This document shows, piece after piece, positions 56,620 through 64,000 of a stretch of 64,000 nt of DNA. This DNA is from an uncultured virus (IMG/VR IMGVR_UViG_3300022867_000010). Its lineage: Duplodnaviria > Heunggongvirae > Uroviricota > Caudoviricetes. The position numbers and the translations under genes are program-made. The notes beneath the pieces were generated by a model. It had not been told where the DNA came from and searched no databases. It saw only the letters and a program-made list of their open reading frames with translations. Every line of letters starts with the position of its first letter. Position 1 is the first letter of the stretch. Location: the IMG/VR virus record IMGVR_UViG_3300022867_000010; one strand, 5' to 3'.

Positions 56620-58380
56620 ATGGCAGAATCAACATTAAAAGACATTTCAAAACAACTTGCTGAAGAAGGATCTCATAACAGAGAATCTTTAGAGTCCGTT
56701 AAAGAAGTAATTATGAAAAGCGCGGCCGCTACGTCTTTGGGCCCGTCCGCAAGTTCTCGCGCTATAAATGCATTTATTACGGGTATGAAGCAGGACAACC
56801 TTGCCAACATCGAAAGAGCAAATGAATCTGCCAGAAGAGCAGAAGCTGTAGAAGATGCAGTTAAGGAGAACACAAAAACATTATCTGAGGAAATTTCAAA
56901 CATTGACACATCTTTTGATTTGGGGTTTGCCATTCCTACATTAATTGCAGGTATACTTGGTACACTAGTCGGCGTGTTGTCTGGCGCTCTTATAGGTGGA
57001 ATATTAGGTGCATTTAAGGAAGCAAAGCTTTGGGGCAAACTTATAGACAAATTAACGGGTGGTGTTATTTCAAGAATGCTCGCTGCTTTTAAGATTCAAA
57101 ACATTCGAATGGTGTTTATGGGTCAGATGGGCAAAATATCTACGGCACTTGGAAACGTTGGCGCTACTCTTACTTCCATTGTAGATAAATTTAAAACCTT
57201 TGGTGCTAGCATAAAAGCATCTATAGGTAATAGCAAAATTGCAAAGTTTATTATGGGTGTCGGTGATTTTATAACAAAACAAGCAACTGAAATTAAAAAC
57301 ACATTTGTAATAGCCAAGACTGCTATTACTGGATTATTTTCTGGCATTGGTGGCGGTGGTGGTGGCGGTATTTTCTCCACGATAAGCAAAGGCTTTGGTG
57401 TAGTAACAAAATTTCTTGGTGGTTTTGCCTCTTTGTTCAGTGGCATAGGAACAGTTGCAGGAAAAGTTGCAGGTTTTGTAGGCAAGATATTTTTACCTTT
57501 ACGTGCTGTTATGGTATTATTTGATACAGTAATGGGTGCCTGGGATGGGTTTCAAAAAGAAGGTATACTTGGAGGCATCAAAGGAGCAATAAAAGGTTTG
57601 TTTAAAGGTTTAATTGGAAGTGTATTAGACTTAGTAAAAGACGGCATTTCTTGGGTTGCTGAAAAGTTTGGATTTGGTGAGATTTCCGCAAGCTTGGATA
57701 GTTTTAGTTTTAGCGAGGAATTCGATAAAATTATAGACGCGGTTTTTGCCGTTGTTGGAGATGCTTTTAAATGGATATCTGGTATATTTAGCGGAGTTAG
57801 TAAATCCTTTATGGGTGCCGTTGATTCCTTTGTTGCATTTGATACAACAAAATTTCTGGCAGATATGGGTGCCAGTATTATGTCTGTTGTTAATAAACTT
57901 GTGGATAATGTTATTGGATTATTTAAAGGGTCGGGTAGCGCAATAATGGATGCAGTTGGTAACATCGGTGATATGTATAGAAATTTTTATGCATCTATAC
58001 TTAGATTTATATTACCAACCCCTAACGCAAATGCAGAATGGTACGACATTGGCAATCTTATATCAAAGGTAATACCAGAAAGTGTTTATAAGTTTGCAGG
58101 TCTAGACAAAACTACGGGAGAAAGAGTACCGATGGAAAGTATTATGGATATGGTACTTCCTAATACAGACATGGTACCTTCTCAGATTGCTGGAGATACA
58201 GTATCAACATTGTCAAGAAGCATGGCAAGCCAACAAGCACCGATTGTTGTCATAGAAGGATCTAAGGGTGCTAAGGCAGGCGATAATAATAGTGATAACA
58301 GCATCAACTCTTTTTATGGTTCTAGTGCTGCTTCGACAGGTAAGAATTTTACAGGGCGATCTTTAAACAGAAAATACTAA
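56620..58380 (+). CDS. Tape-measure-like protein (gp29 position)
   Basis: Long Gly/Ala/Phe-rich amphipathic helices with a hydrophobic segment; follows gp26/51. Confidence 0.65.
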   Translation: MAESTLKDISKQLAEEGSHNRESLESVKEVIMKSAAATSLGPSASSRAINAFITGMKQDNLANIERANESARRAEAVEDAVKENTKTLSEEISNIDTSFDLGFAIPTLIAGILGTLVGVLSGALIGGILGAFKEAKLWGKLIDKLTGGVISRMLAAFKIQNIRMVFMGQMGKISTALGNVGATLTSIVDKFKTFGASIKASIGNSKIAKFIMGVGDFITKQATEIKNTFVIAKTAITGLFSGIGGGGGGGIFSTISKGFGVVTKFLGGFASLFSGIGTVAGKVAGFVGKIFLPLRAVMVLFDTVMGAWDGFQKEGILGGIKGAIKGLFKGLIGSVLDLVKDGISWVAEKFGFGEISASLDSFSFSEEFDKIIDAVFAVVGDAFKWISGIFSGVSKSFMGAVDSFVAFDTTKFLADMGASIMSVVNKLVDNVIGLFKGSGSAIMDAVGNIGDMYRNFYASILRFILPTPNANAEWYDIGNLISKVIPESVYKFAGLDKTTGERVPMESIMDMVLPNTDMVPSQIAGDTVSTLSRSMASQQAPIVVIEGSKGAKAGDNNSDNSINSFYGSSAASTGKNFTGRSLNRKY

Positions 58381-58835
58381 GTAGATTTTGCTTTTTCAAA
58401 ATGAGGGCCGTCTATAAATGGGCGGCGTCCTTGAGATACTCTTAATGAAATATACGCGAAGTGTTCATCTTCCATCGAATTCGGAGATTTTGTGATATCG
58501 GGTAAATGCCAAGCACCGCCCCATCGTAATGGTTTCTTTGCCTTGATAGCCGCAGTTTTCATCGCTTCTGCTATAGTCCAATAGGTGGACATCTCCCAAG
58601 AGACTTCTCCACCAATGTACCCGACAACATCAAATGCTTCGCCAACGATGTGTTTTGATTTCATGGTGGTTGACGCACCACGCGCTACTAATTCCTTTTG
58701 ACGTTGCTTCGTGCGAAGTCCTTCCGTGACCCCAAAATCTAATTCAGTAATCTTTATTGCATTCTTTACAACTTCTATTAGATCATCATCAACACCCTTA
58801 AGTTTGTCAAGTGATCGCTTCGATAGTTTAAACAT
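58377..58835 (-). CDS. Endolysin, peptidase M15 family (L-Ala-D-Glu type)
   Basis: FKLS.RS...L.GV, EGLRT..RQ, S.H..G.A.D, WGG.W, DGPHFE. Confidence 0.9.
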   Translation of the reverse strand: MFKLSKRSLDKLKGVDDDLIEVVKNAIKITELDFGVTEGLRTKQRQKELVARGASTTMKSKHIVGEAFDVVGYIGGEVSWEMSTYWTIAEAMKTAAIKAKKPLRWGGAWHLPDITKSPNSMEDEHFAYISLRVSQGRRPFIDGPHFEKAKST

Positions 58836-58847
58836 AATTGTCTCCTA

Positions 58848-58874
58848 TAAAAATGGGCCCCGTTTCCGAGGCCC
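58848..58874 (-). terminator. Rho-independent terminator after gp32
   Basis: GGGCCTCG-GAAA-CGGGGCCC-ATTTTT. Confidence 0.8.
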
Positions 58875-58880
58875 TAGCAT

Positions 58881-59789
58881 TTAACTATTTGCTAATTTTG
58901 CAAAATAGTCCATTGTATCGTCATCATCGGCAGGATCATTATTGCTTGCCTCTGGTTTCGATTTTTGCTCTGCAGCTTCCTTTGATTTAGGCTCTGGAGC
59001 ATCCATTTGATCTTCCGTTGAAATCGCTTCTGCGGTAGACATTGGAGCTGTTGCACCAAGAACACGAGCCAGTTTTGCCTTCAACTCAGCATATGGCTTG
59101 AAATTCGATGGGTCGGTGTATTTTGCCAACGGTTCAAGTTTACCATAAAACTCTTCAAGTTTTGCATCATCACCCTTTAGAAAAGGTGACGCAGCAGCAA
59201 ATTCTGACTTATCATAATTTACCCAACCTTCGACCTTTCGGATTTTGACTTTAAAATCCGCACCACCCCAGAAATCAAATGGGTTAACCGCTTCTTCGTC
59301 ATCAAATTCTGGTTGCATAGAATCCATGATCTTATCAAAGATTTTCTTGCCGAACTTGTATTGCATAATTTTGCCTTCGTTGGCAGGATTAGCAGCATCA
59401 GCAACTACGAAGATGTTTGCAACATAATGCAACCTACGTTTTTGCTTACGAGCAAGTTCTTTGTCGTCGTCAGCACCAGTTGCCCACAATCTAGAGTTGT
59501 GTTCGGAGACAGGGTCGTCTTCACCTAGTGTTGTACGAGAGTTTTCGATATACCATTGACCTGTAGGTCCTTGAAATCCGTGGTCCCAAAAACGCACCCA
59601 TGGCAATTCTTCGCCTTCGGCAGCAGGGAGGAAACGAATAACCGCGTAACCATTGCCCGACTTATCTCGAGTTGGTTTCCAAATGTTATCATCTCCATAA
59701 GACTTCTTTCCACCACCAACATTTTCAGCGGCGGCGGTCATGGCTTTAAGTGCATCAGCACGAGACTTTTTCATATTACTAAACGACAT
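58881..59789 (-). CDS. 32: Single-stranded DNA-binding protein (gp32)
   Basis: DK.GNGYAVIRFLP, H.F.GP.G.WYIEN, FGKKIFDKI, NYDKSEF, acidic tail YFAKLA. Confidence 0.97.
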   Translation of the reverse strand: MSFSNMKKSRADALKAMTAAAENVGGGKKSYGDDNIWKPTRDKSGNGYAVIRFLPAAEGEELPWVRFWDHGFQGPTGQWYIENSRTTLGEDDPVSEHNSRLWATGADDDKELARKQKRRLHYVANIFVVADAANPANEGKIMQYKFGKKIFDKIMDSMQPEFDDEEAVNPFDFWGGADFKVKIRKVEGWVNYDKSEFAAASPFLKGDDAKLEEFYGKLEPLAKYTDPSNFKPYAELKAKLARVLGATAPMSTAEAISTEDQMDAPEPKSKEAAEQKSKPEASNNDPADDDDTMDYFAKLANS

Positions 59790-59886
59790 TTAATTTACCT
59801 TTATTTTATTATTGCAGTGTATTACAGTGTATTATTCAATGTATCATTATATAGTGTATTATATATACAAATTGAGTAACAGTACT

Positions 59887-59915
59887 ATTATAACATAAAC
59901 AGCACCGTTTGTCAA
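59887..59915 (-). promoter_or_regulatory. sigma70-type promoter for gp32
   Basis: TTGACA-17-TATAAT with extended -10 TG. Confidence 0.85.
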
Positions 59916-59927
59916 CATATAGTTAAG

Positions 59928-60512
59928 TCAAAAAATTTGAATAATATCTTTTTTTATCTTTTCAGATAATGTTTTGCTCATAATGAATGGAGTATAGTTC
60001 TTTATCTTTGCAGACAATTCTGGCCAGAGTATAGTATCAACCACTTTTTTGTTTGCGTGATCGACAAAGCCAGTCAGACTGTTTAAAACAACTACCGTCT
60101 CTAACAGCACTTCTTTCGACAAATATTCATGTATAATAGAAGGATAAGTTTTACCTTCCATACTTAAAACCGTGTCGAAGTTGGTGTATTTAGATTCCAT
60201 CTTATATAAGTCTTGCTTGATATTATAACTCAATGACTCATTAACTTTTAACCAATTTTGATATTCCTCCTCGTTATTTAACATATCACCAACCCACTTG
60301 CAATCATTTACAAAGTGGGCCACATAGTATTTGATTAACTCTTCCTTATCATCAAAGCGCTTCGCAACCTTTGCAAAGAAATATTTGTCTTTTCTTTTCC
60401 AAAAAGACTGTTGTGTTGCACTAGTTTTAAATCGATACTTGATAGCATCGTATTTAGATGTAAAATGCAACTTCAGCGCGTTATGATAAGAATAAGCATC
60501 AAATGATTCCAT
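59928..60512 (-). CDS. 59: Helicase loader (gp59)
   Basis: Y.ALKLHFT..YD..KY, F.KRKDKYFF.K, ET...L; between gp33 and gp32. Confidence 0.88.
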   Translation of the reverse strand: MESFDAYSYHNALKLHFTSKYDAIKYRFKTSATQQSFWKRKDKYFFAKVAKRFDDKEELIKYYVAHFVNDCKWVGDMLNNEEEYQNWLKVNESLSYNIKQDLYKMESKYTNFDTVLSMEGKTYPSIIHEYLSKEVLLETVVVLNSLTGFVDHANKKVVDTILWPELSAKIKNYTPFIMSKTLSEKIKKDIIQIF

Positions 60513-60748
60513 TAGACAGGTAATGTGTTACCGCCCTTGATGTAATTTAAACGCACCGCCTCACCTTCAAGTTTATCTTTAACAATATCAGATAAGAACT
60601 TGTTAGCATCCTCGGGATACAGTTCATGCTTTTCACATAACATTAGGATAGCATCCATATATCCCATTTTGTTTTTTGTGACCTCGTGTTCGACCATAGA
60701 AGAAAATTTCTTCTTGGTGATCATTTTTTCCTCTACGGCGGCTATCAT
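60512..60748 (-). CDS. 33: Late transcription coactivator (gp33)
   Basis: F...VE..V......Y.DAI...CE......E......K.KLE.EA..LN. Confidence 0.85.
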   Translation of the reverse strand: MIAAVEEKMITKKKFSSMVEHEVTKNKMGYMDAILMLCEKHELYPEDANKFLSDIVKDKLEGEAVRLNYIKGGNTLPV

Positions 60749-61014
60749 TCAGGTAACATCGTAGAAAATTCAGTTACATTGTCAACCCTAAAGGATCTCC
60801 AATCTTCCGCTACAACGTCATAGACTGCAAGAACTTTATCGGTGCGCGCCGCCTTTTCCTTTTGTGGAGCTATATTGGGAGTTGGCGCAGGTGGAATTGA
60901 ATCCGAGTTTAAGGTACATTCCATAACCCGAAGATCCCCATTAACTTTGGTGAATGTTACTTTGCAGTTTGAACTTCTCAGTTCAGACACCATTTCTTCT
61001 CTTGTCATTATCAT
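60745..61014 (-). CDS. DUF2693 / WYL-like SH3-fold protein
   Basis: VTFTKVNG..R.M.CTL...V.D....WRSFR; sigma70 promoter at 61044-61072. Confidence 0.75.
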   Translation of the reverse strand: MIMTREEMVSELRSSNCKVTFTKVNGDLRVMECTLNSDSIPPAPTPNIAPQKEKAARTDKVLAVYDVVAEDWRSFRVDNVTEFSTMLPE

Positions 61015-61075
61015 TATATTGCCTATTTGTTTGTAGTGTAACTATTATAACACAGATAGCATCAATTGTCAATCT

Positions 61076-61213
61076 TTATTTGAAATGTCTATTCAGATAC
61101 GGCACTTTGCCATCTATTGTTATTATTTTTGTCACTTCGTTTGTGTGATTGTTGGGATGTTCTCTCAATGCAGGTATTCGGTCTTTGGATAATCGAATCT
61201 TTACATTACCCAT
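61076..61213 (-). CDS. Small hypothetical protein
   Basis: MGNVKIRL...; overlaps the upstream ORF stop. Confidence 0.4.
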   Translation of the reverse strand: MGNVKIRLSKDRIPALREHPNNHTNEVTKIITIDGKVPYLNRHFK

Positions 61214-61436
61214 TATGTTTAACTCCTGTATTGAATTCTTGAGGGCCTTCGGTGGTGAATTCCATACCAGCAATATTGCCGACATAAGTTTTACCATTCC
61301 ACCGCATATGAATTTTGTTATGTGCAATGAATGCATTTAATGATTCACCCACCTTTACATTATCCACCTCTGCCTCAACCGCTTTATCATTGCGAGTGTT
61401 TATGATTATTGCTGTCTTTGCAAAATATGTGCTCAT
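61206..61436 (-). CDS. Conserved hypothetical phage protein
   Basis: Start placed at MSTYF (ATGA overlap); ..YVGN.AGMEFT..GP. Confidence 0.6.
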   Translation of the reverse strand: MSTYFAKTAIIINTRNDKAVEAEVDNVKVGESLNAFIAHNKIHMRWNGKTYVGNIAGMEFTTEGPQEFNTGVKHNG

Positions 61437-61627
61437 AGAGAATTCATCGCTGTGTAACATAATGCAGTTGCAAATGCACCTAACCAATGATAAATGTTAA
61501 GTTTATACCCACGGTCGTGAATAATCGATCTGATCAAAGTGGCGATAATTACAGGCACCAGTGAAAAGAAAACCAACAGAACAACAATGTTGATAATATA
61601 CGGAAGCAAAATTTCTAATAAACTCAT
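61433..61627 (-). CDS. Small membrane protein
   Basis: Two hydrophobic segments; ATGA overlaps on both sides. Confidence 0.5.
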   Translation of the reverse strand: MSLLEILLPYIINIVVLLVFFSLVPVIIATLIRSIIHDRGYKLNIYHWLGAFATALCYTAMNSL

Positions 61628-61860
61628 AATTTAATCTCTTTAGTGGATATATCTTTTATTCGTCGAATTCTAAGATTGATATAATGATTATATTCAAGAC
61701 CGATCATGTCTCCAATCTCAAGATGCGTCATAAATTTTCTAACACCTTCAGATGTTGTCATAACAAAATCGTCGGGATACATATCAAAGAACTCTTGGAG
61801 AGTTAGTATTTCATAATCTCCTTGATAATCAATGTCATATTTACGGACCTTGAATAACAT
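61624..61860 (-). CDS. Hypothetical protein
   Basis: 78-aa ORF in the early operon. Confidence 0.5.
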   Translation of the reverse strand: MLFKVRKYDIDYQGDYEILTLQEFFDMYPDDFVMTTSEGVRKFMTHLEIGDMIGLEYNHYINLRIRRIKDISTKEIKL

Positions 61861-61861
61861 A

Positions 61862-62173
61862 TTATACGACTACGATAGCGTTTTTCTTTTCGCGATATTC
61901 AACACCGCGAGCACGAATACATTTAAAACCATCGGCACCGCCAAATTCGATTTCTTCATTCGGATCAAGATCTAGATCATTCATCATCTCGTTTGTTACA
62001 AGAGAGTAACGACCCTTAAGCAAGGTATGAACCTTTGCAAATTTATATTCAACAGTGATTTCTTTAGAGTGTGATATCAATGAACCTAGTCCACCTGACT
62101 TCAGGTTGTCCATACAGAATTCAGAGTAACGGCCGCCGTTTGAGTCAGTAGTTTGGAAAGCAGGATTGTACAT
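61862..62173 (-). CDS. Hypothetical early protein
   Basis: Start placed at MYNPAF, after the repeated leader cassette. Confidence 0.55.
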   Translation of the reverse strand: MYNPAFQTTDSNGGRYSEFCMDNLKSGGLGSLISHSKEITVEYKFAKVHTLLKGRYSLVTNEMMNDLDLDPNEEIEFGGADGFKCIRARGVEYREKKNAIVVV

Positions 62174-62290
62174 ATTTTTAGTCTCTTCAATTAATTTATA
62201 CATATATTATACCATGGTTGGGGTATAATGTCAACAACTAATTTCAGTTTAGTTATAATTAGTTGTTATATCGTTAGAATTAGTTGTTAT
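62171..62290 (-). repeat. Early promoter/leader cassette, copy 1
   Basis: GTTGTTGACATTA..TATAAT (62234-62206), then TATAAATTAATTGAAGAGACTAAA..ATG. Confidence 0.85.
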
Positions 62291-62601
62291 ACGATTGCAT
62301 AATCAGCAGGAGAATTGTCTACTAATTGTCTCGCGGCTTCTTTCATGATACAAACCAAACCAGACAATGTCGGGCCGTCACCAGCTAATCTTAACAAGGC
62401 TACAGTAGAAGAAGAAGGATAGGCTATCGCATCCCAATGTTTGACCGATGTTATATCATTAAAATATTGGTCATCACTTTTAAGCAACAATTCGATGGAA
62501 AATCGTTGCAGCACACGATTTCGAGTTTCCTCTGTGACAAATTGAGCATAATATTCGCGGTGATTGCATTTTCTGTTTAGATAATCATTTCTTGATAACA
62601 T
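62287..62601 (-). CDS. Hypothetical early protein
   Basis: HREYYAQFV...VCI.KEAAR; follows cassette copy 2. Confidence 0.6.
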   Translation of the reverse strand: MLSRNDYLNRKCNHREYYAQFVTEETRNRVLQRFSIELLLKSDDQYFNDITSVKHWDAIAYPSSSTVALLRLAGDGPTLSGLVCIMKEAARQLVDNSPADYAIV

Positions 62602-62692
62602 AATTTAGTCTCTTCAATTAATTTATAGATGTATTATATCATAGACTTATTATAATGTCAACAACTTTGTTATAATTAGTTGTTATATCGAT
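62599..62692 (-). repeat. Early promoter/leader cassette, copy 2
   Basis: TTGACA-17-TATAAT (62661-62633), then ACATCTATAAATTAATTGAAGAGACTAAATTATG. Confidence 0.85.
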
Positions 62693-62748
62693 ATAAGAAG
62701 TTCGTCAAGTGCAGTTATATAACTTTTTGCCTCGTTTCTTCGTTCTGC

Positions 62749-63306
62749 TTATGACACACCTTCTTTAAAGTCTATGGCCATTTGTTTGGCATCTTCCATA
62801 GTTTTTGCTACCCATTCACCTCGCCCTAGATCTGATATACGATGCAAACAACCGCCAATAGTGTTATGAAGACTTAAGTTTGGAGTAGTGTTCGTATACT
62901 CCCACTTGATATCGTAACATTTTTCGCCTTGCTCTTCAACGATGCCATCGCATCTGACGTTAATGTGGTATTCATCCTTCCAAAAATCAATAGCGGCTTG
63001 TTTGTCGTCCTCTGGATTATTTGCTATATAATGACAATCACCTTTTACGCAAGTAGACCCAACTTTAAAGCCGTTCAGTGCACGATGACTCCAACCAAAC
63101 CATTCTTTTTGTAGAGGACTATACCCAACACCATGTGTCAATTGTTCTGTGATTTCAAGCTTTGCAAGAATCTCAACCTGATCTTCCATACCAACGTGAG
63201 TAATATAAGACTCGTCAAAATTGCTAAAGTAGCAATCCATGTCTTCATCGCAAATATTATAGGGTTTGATATACGCTACTTGTGCTAACCATTCTTTTGT
63301 ATTCAT
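62749..63306 (-). CDS. Hypothetical early protein
   Basis: G.S...W.GWSHRA..GF, G.W.AKT.EDAKQMA..F..GVS. Confidence 0.6.
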   Translation of the reverse strand: MNTKEWLAQVAYIKPYNICDEDMDCYFSNFDESYITHVGMEDQVEILAKLEITEQLTHGVGYSPLQKEWFGWSHRALNGFKVGSTCVKGDCHYIANNPEDDKQAAIDFWKDEYHINVRCDGIVEEQGEKCYDIKWEYTNTTPNLSLHNTIGGCLHRISDLGRGEWVAKTMEDAKQMAIDFKEGVS

Positions 63307-63322
63307 AATTTAATCCTGTGTA

Positions 63323-63490
63323 TTATCCACCAAGAACCAGAGTGTTTTCTTCTGAGTTGTCGGCAATTAATATATGTTTTGGTTCAAAGTCTACATAACA
63401 ACAAGCATCGGCGTCGAATGTTGACGCCTTTAAATCTCCATATAAAAGCAAGTCGGTTTCTAATTTGGCAATAATTTCTGAAATCATCAT
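63323..63490 (-). CDS. Small hypothetical early protein (55 aa)
   Basis: My translation MMISEIIAKLETDLLLYGDLK...; directly after cassette copy 3. Confidence 0.55.
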   Translation of the reverse strand: MMISEIIAKLETDLLLYGDLKASTFDADACCYVDFEPKHILIADNSEENTLVLGG

Positions 63491-63590
63491 AATTTAGTCT
63501 CTTCAATTAATTTATAGATGTATTATACCACAACTATGATGTAATGTCAACAACATATTTAGAACTTGTAGTTATATTGTTATAATTTTT
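63488..63590 (-). repeat. Early promoter/leader cassette, copy 3
   Basis: TTGACA-17-TATAAT (63550-63522), then the same ACATCTATAAATTAATTGAAGAGACTAAATTATG. Confidence 0.85.
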
Positions 63591-63592
63591 AA

Positions 63593-63856
63593 TTATATCG
63601 CAAAATGCGCGCCGACACCCTCAGACCACACAAGCAATTTGTTTAACGCTTCTTTTGGTGTACCGCACGAATCAGCCGTACCTAGATGAGATATAACTAA
63701 CGCCTCGTCAACCACATATTTCCATTCTTCAAGCTCTGCAACCTTTGCCCGTAGAATGTAAATTTCAGGATCTGTCCAATCAACGTTGCAACAACACTCA
63801 CTGCTACTATATGCAAAGCATTTACATCCTTTTCCTGCGTAATAATCTTCATTCAT
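63593..63856 (-). CDS. Hypothetical Cys-containing protein
   Basis: 87-aa ORF with GC.C.A....EC.C..DWT. Confidence 0.5.
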   Translation of the reverse strand: MNEDYYAGKGCKCFAYSSSECCCNVDWTDPEIYILRAKVAELEEWKYVVDEALVISHLGTADSCGTPKEALNKLLVWSEGVGAHFAI

Positions 63857-64000
63857 AATAAAATACCAAACTTGATTTAATAAAAACTTTTAAAAATTGG
63901 GTCTGCACCTCGACTAGGTAACTCAGAATCCACGGTTCTTTTTGTCTCGCCACAAAACGTTGTTGGATGTCGCACCAGAGTGAATTTTCATCACATAGGA

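Noticed and set aside
62690..62750. Short open frame AERRNEAKSYITALDELLISI* before cassette 2
   Set aside because: No start codon; at most a gene remnant, too short to support.
63850..64000. Partial minus-strand ORF or RNA gene at the window end
   Set aside because: One frame is open, but it is truncated by the window and has no recognisable motif; no tRNA cloverleaf seen.
1..64000. Alternative genetic code (stop-codon reassignment)
   Set aside because: Core genes translate full length in the standard code and TAA, TAG and TGA are all used as stops.

Overview
The window is 64 kb of an AT-rich T4-like (Tevenvirinae/Kyanoviridae-style) myophage genome, probably marine, read mostly on the minus strand. 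In order it holds gp47, gp55, a split uvsW, uvsY, gp3, the head/tail genes gp23-22-21-(67)-20-19-18-17-16-15-14-13, a large mosaic tail-fibre region with an embedded enzyme cluster, baseplate genes (gp8, 7, 6, 25, 5, 27-like, 53, 48), gp4, gp2, gp54, gp26/gp51, a tape-measure-like gene, an M15 endolysin, gp32, gp59, gp33 and small early ORFs. T4 late promoters (TATAAATA) and perfect sigma70 promoters (TTGACA-N17-TATAAT) are easy to see. There are five free-standing homing endonuclease genes and no tRNA, rRNA or CRISPR array was seen. The most interesting signals are: (1) uvsW fractured by a MobE-like HNH gene, with each half carrying what looks like a non-catalytic split-intein fragment; (2) a 69-bp promoter-plus-motif element present twice about 50 kb apart, each copy firing antisense into the 3' end of a gene; (3) a T-TTT-TTC -1 slippery site that would fuse gp26 to gp51; (4) a late-promoter cluster of two SPOUT-like genes, an amidoligase and a GNAT among the fibre genes; (5) a 37-aa ORF resembling the toxin-neutralising N-terminus of HigA2 antitoxins; (6) a structured RNA leader on an HNH gene. 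All assignments come from motif recognition and synteny by eye; no database searches were run.
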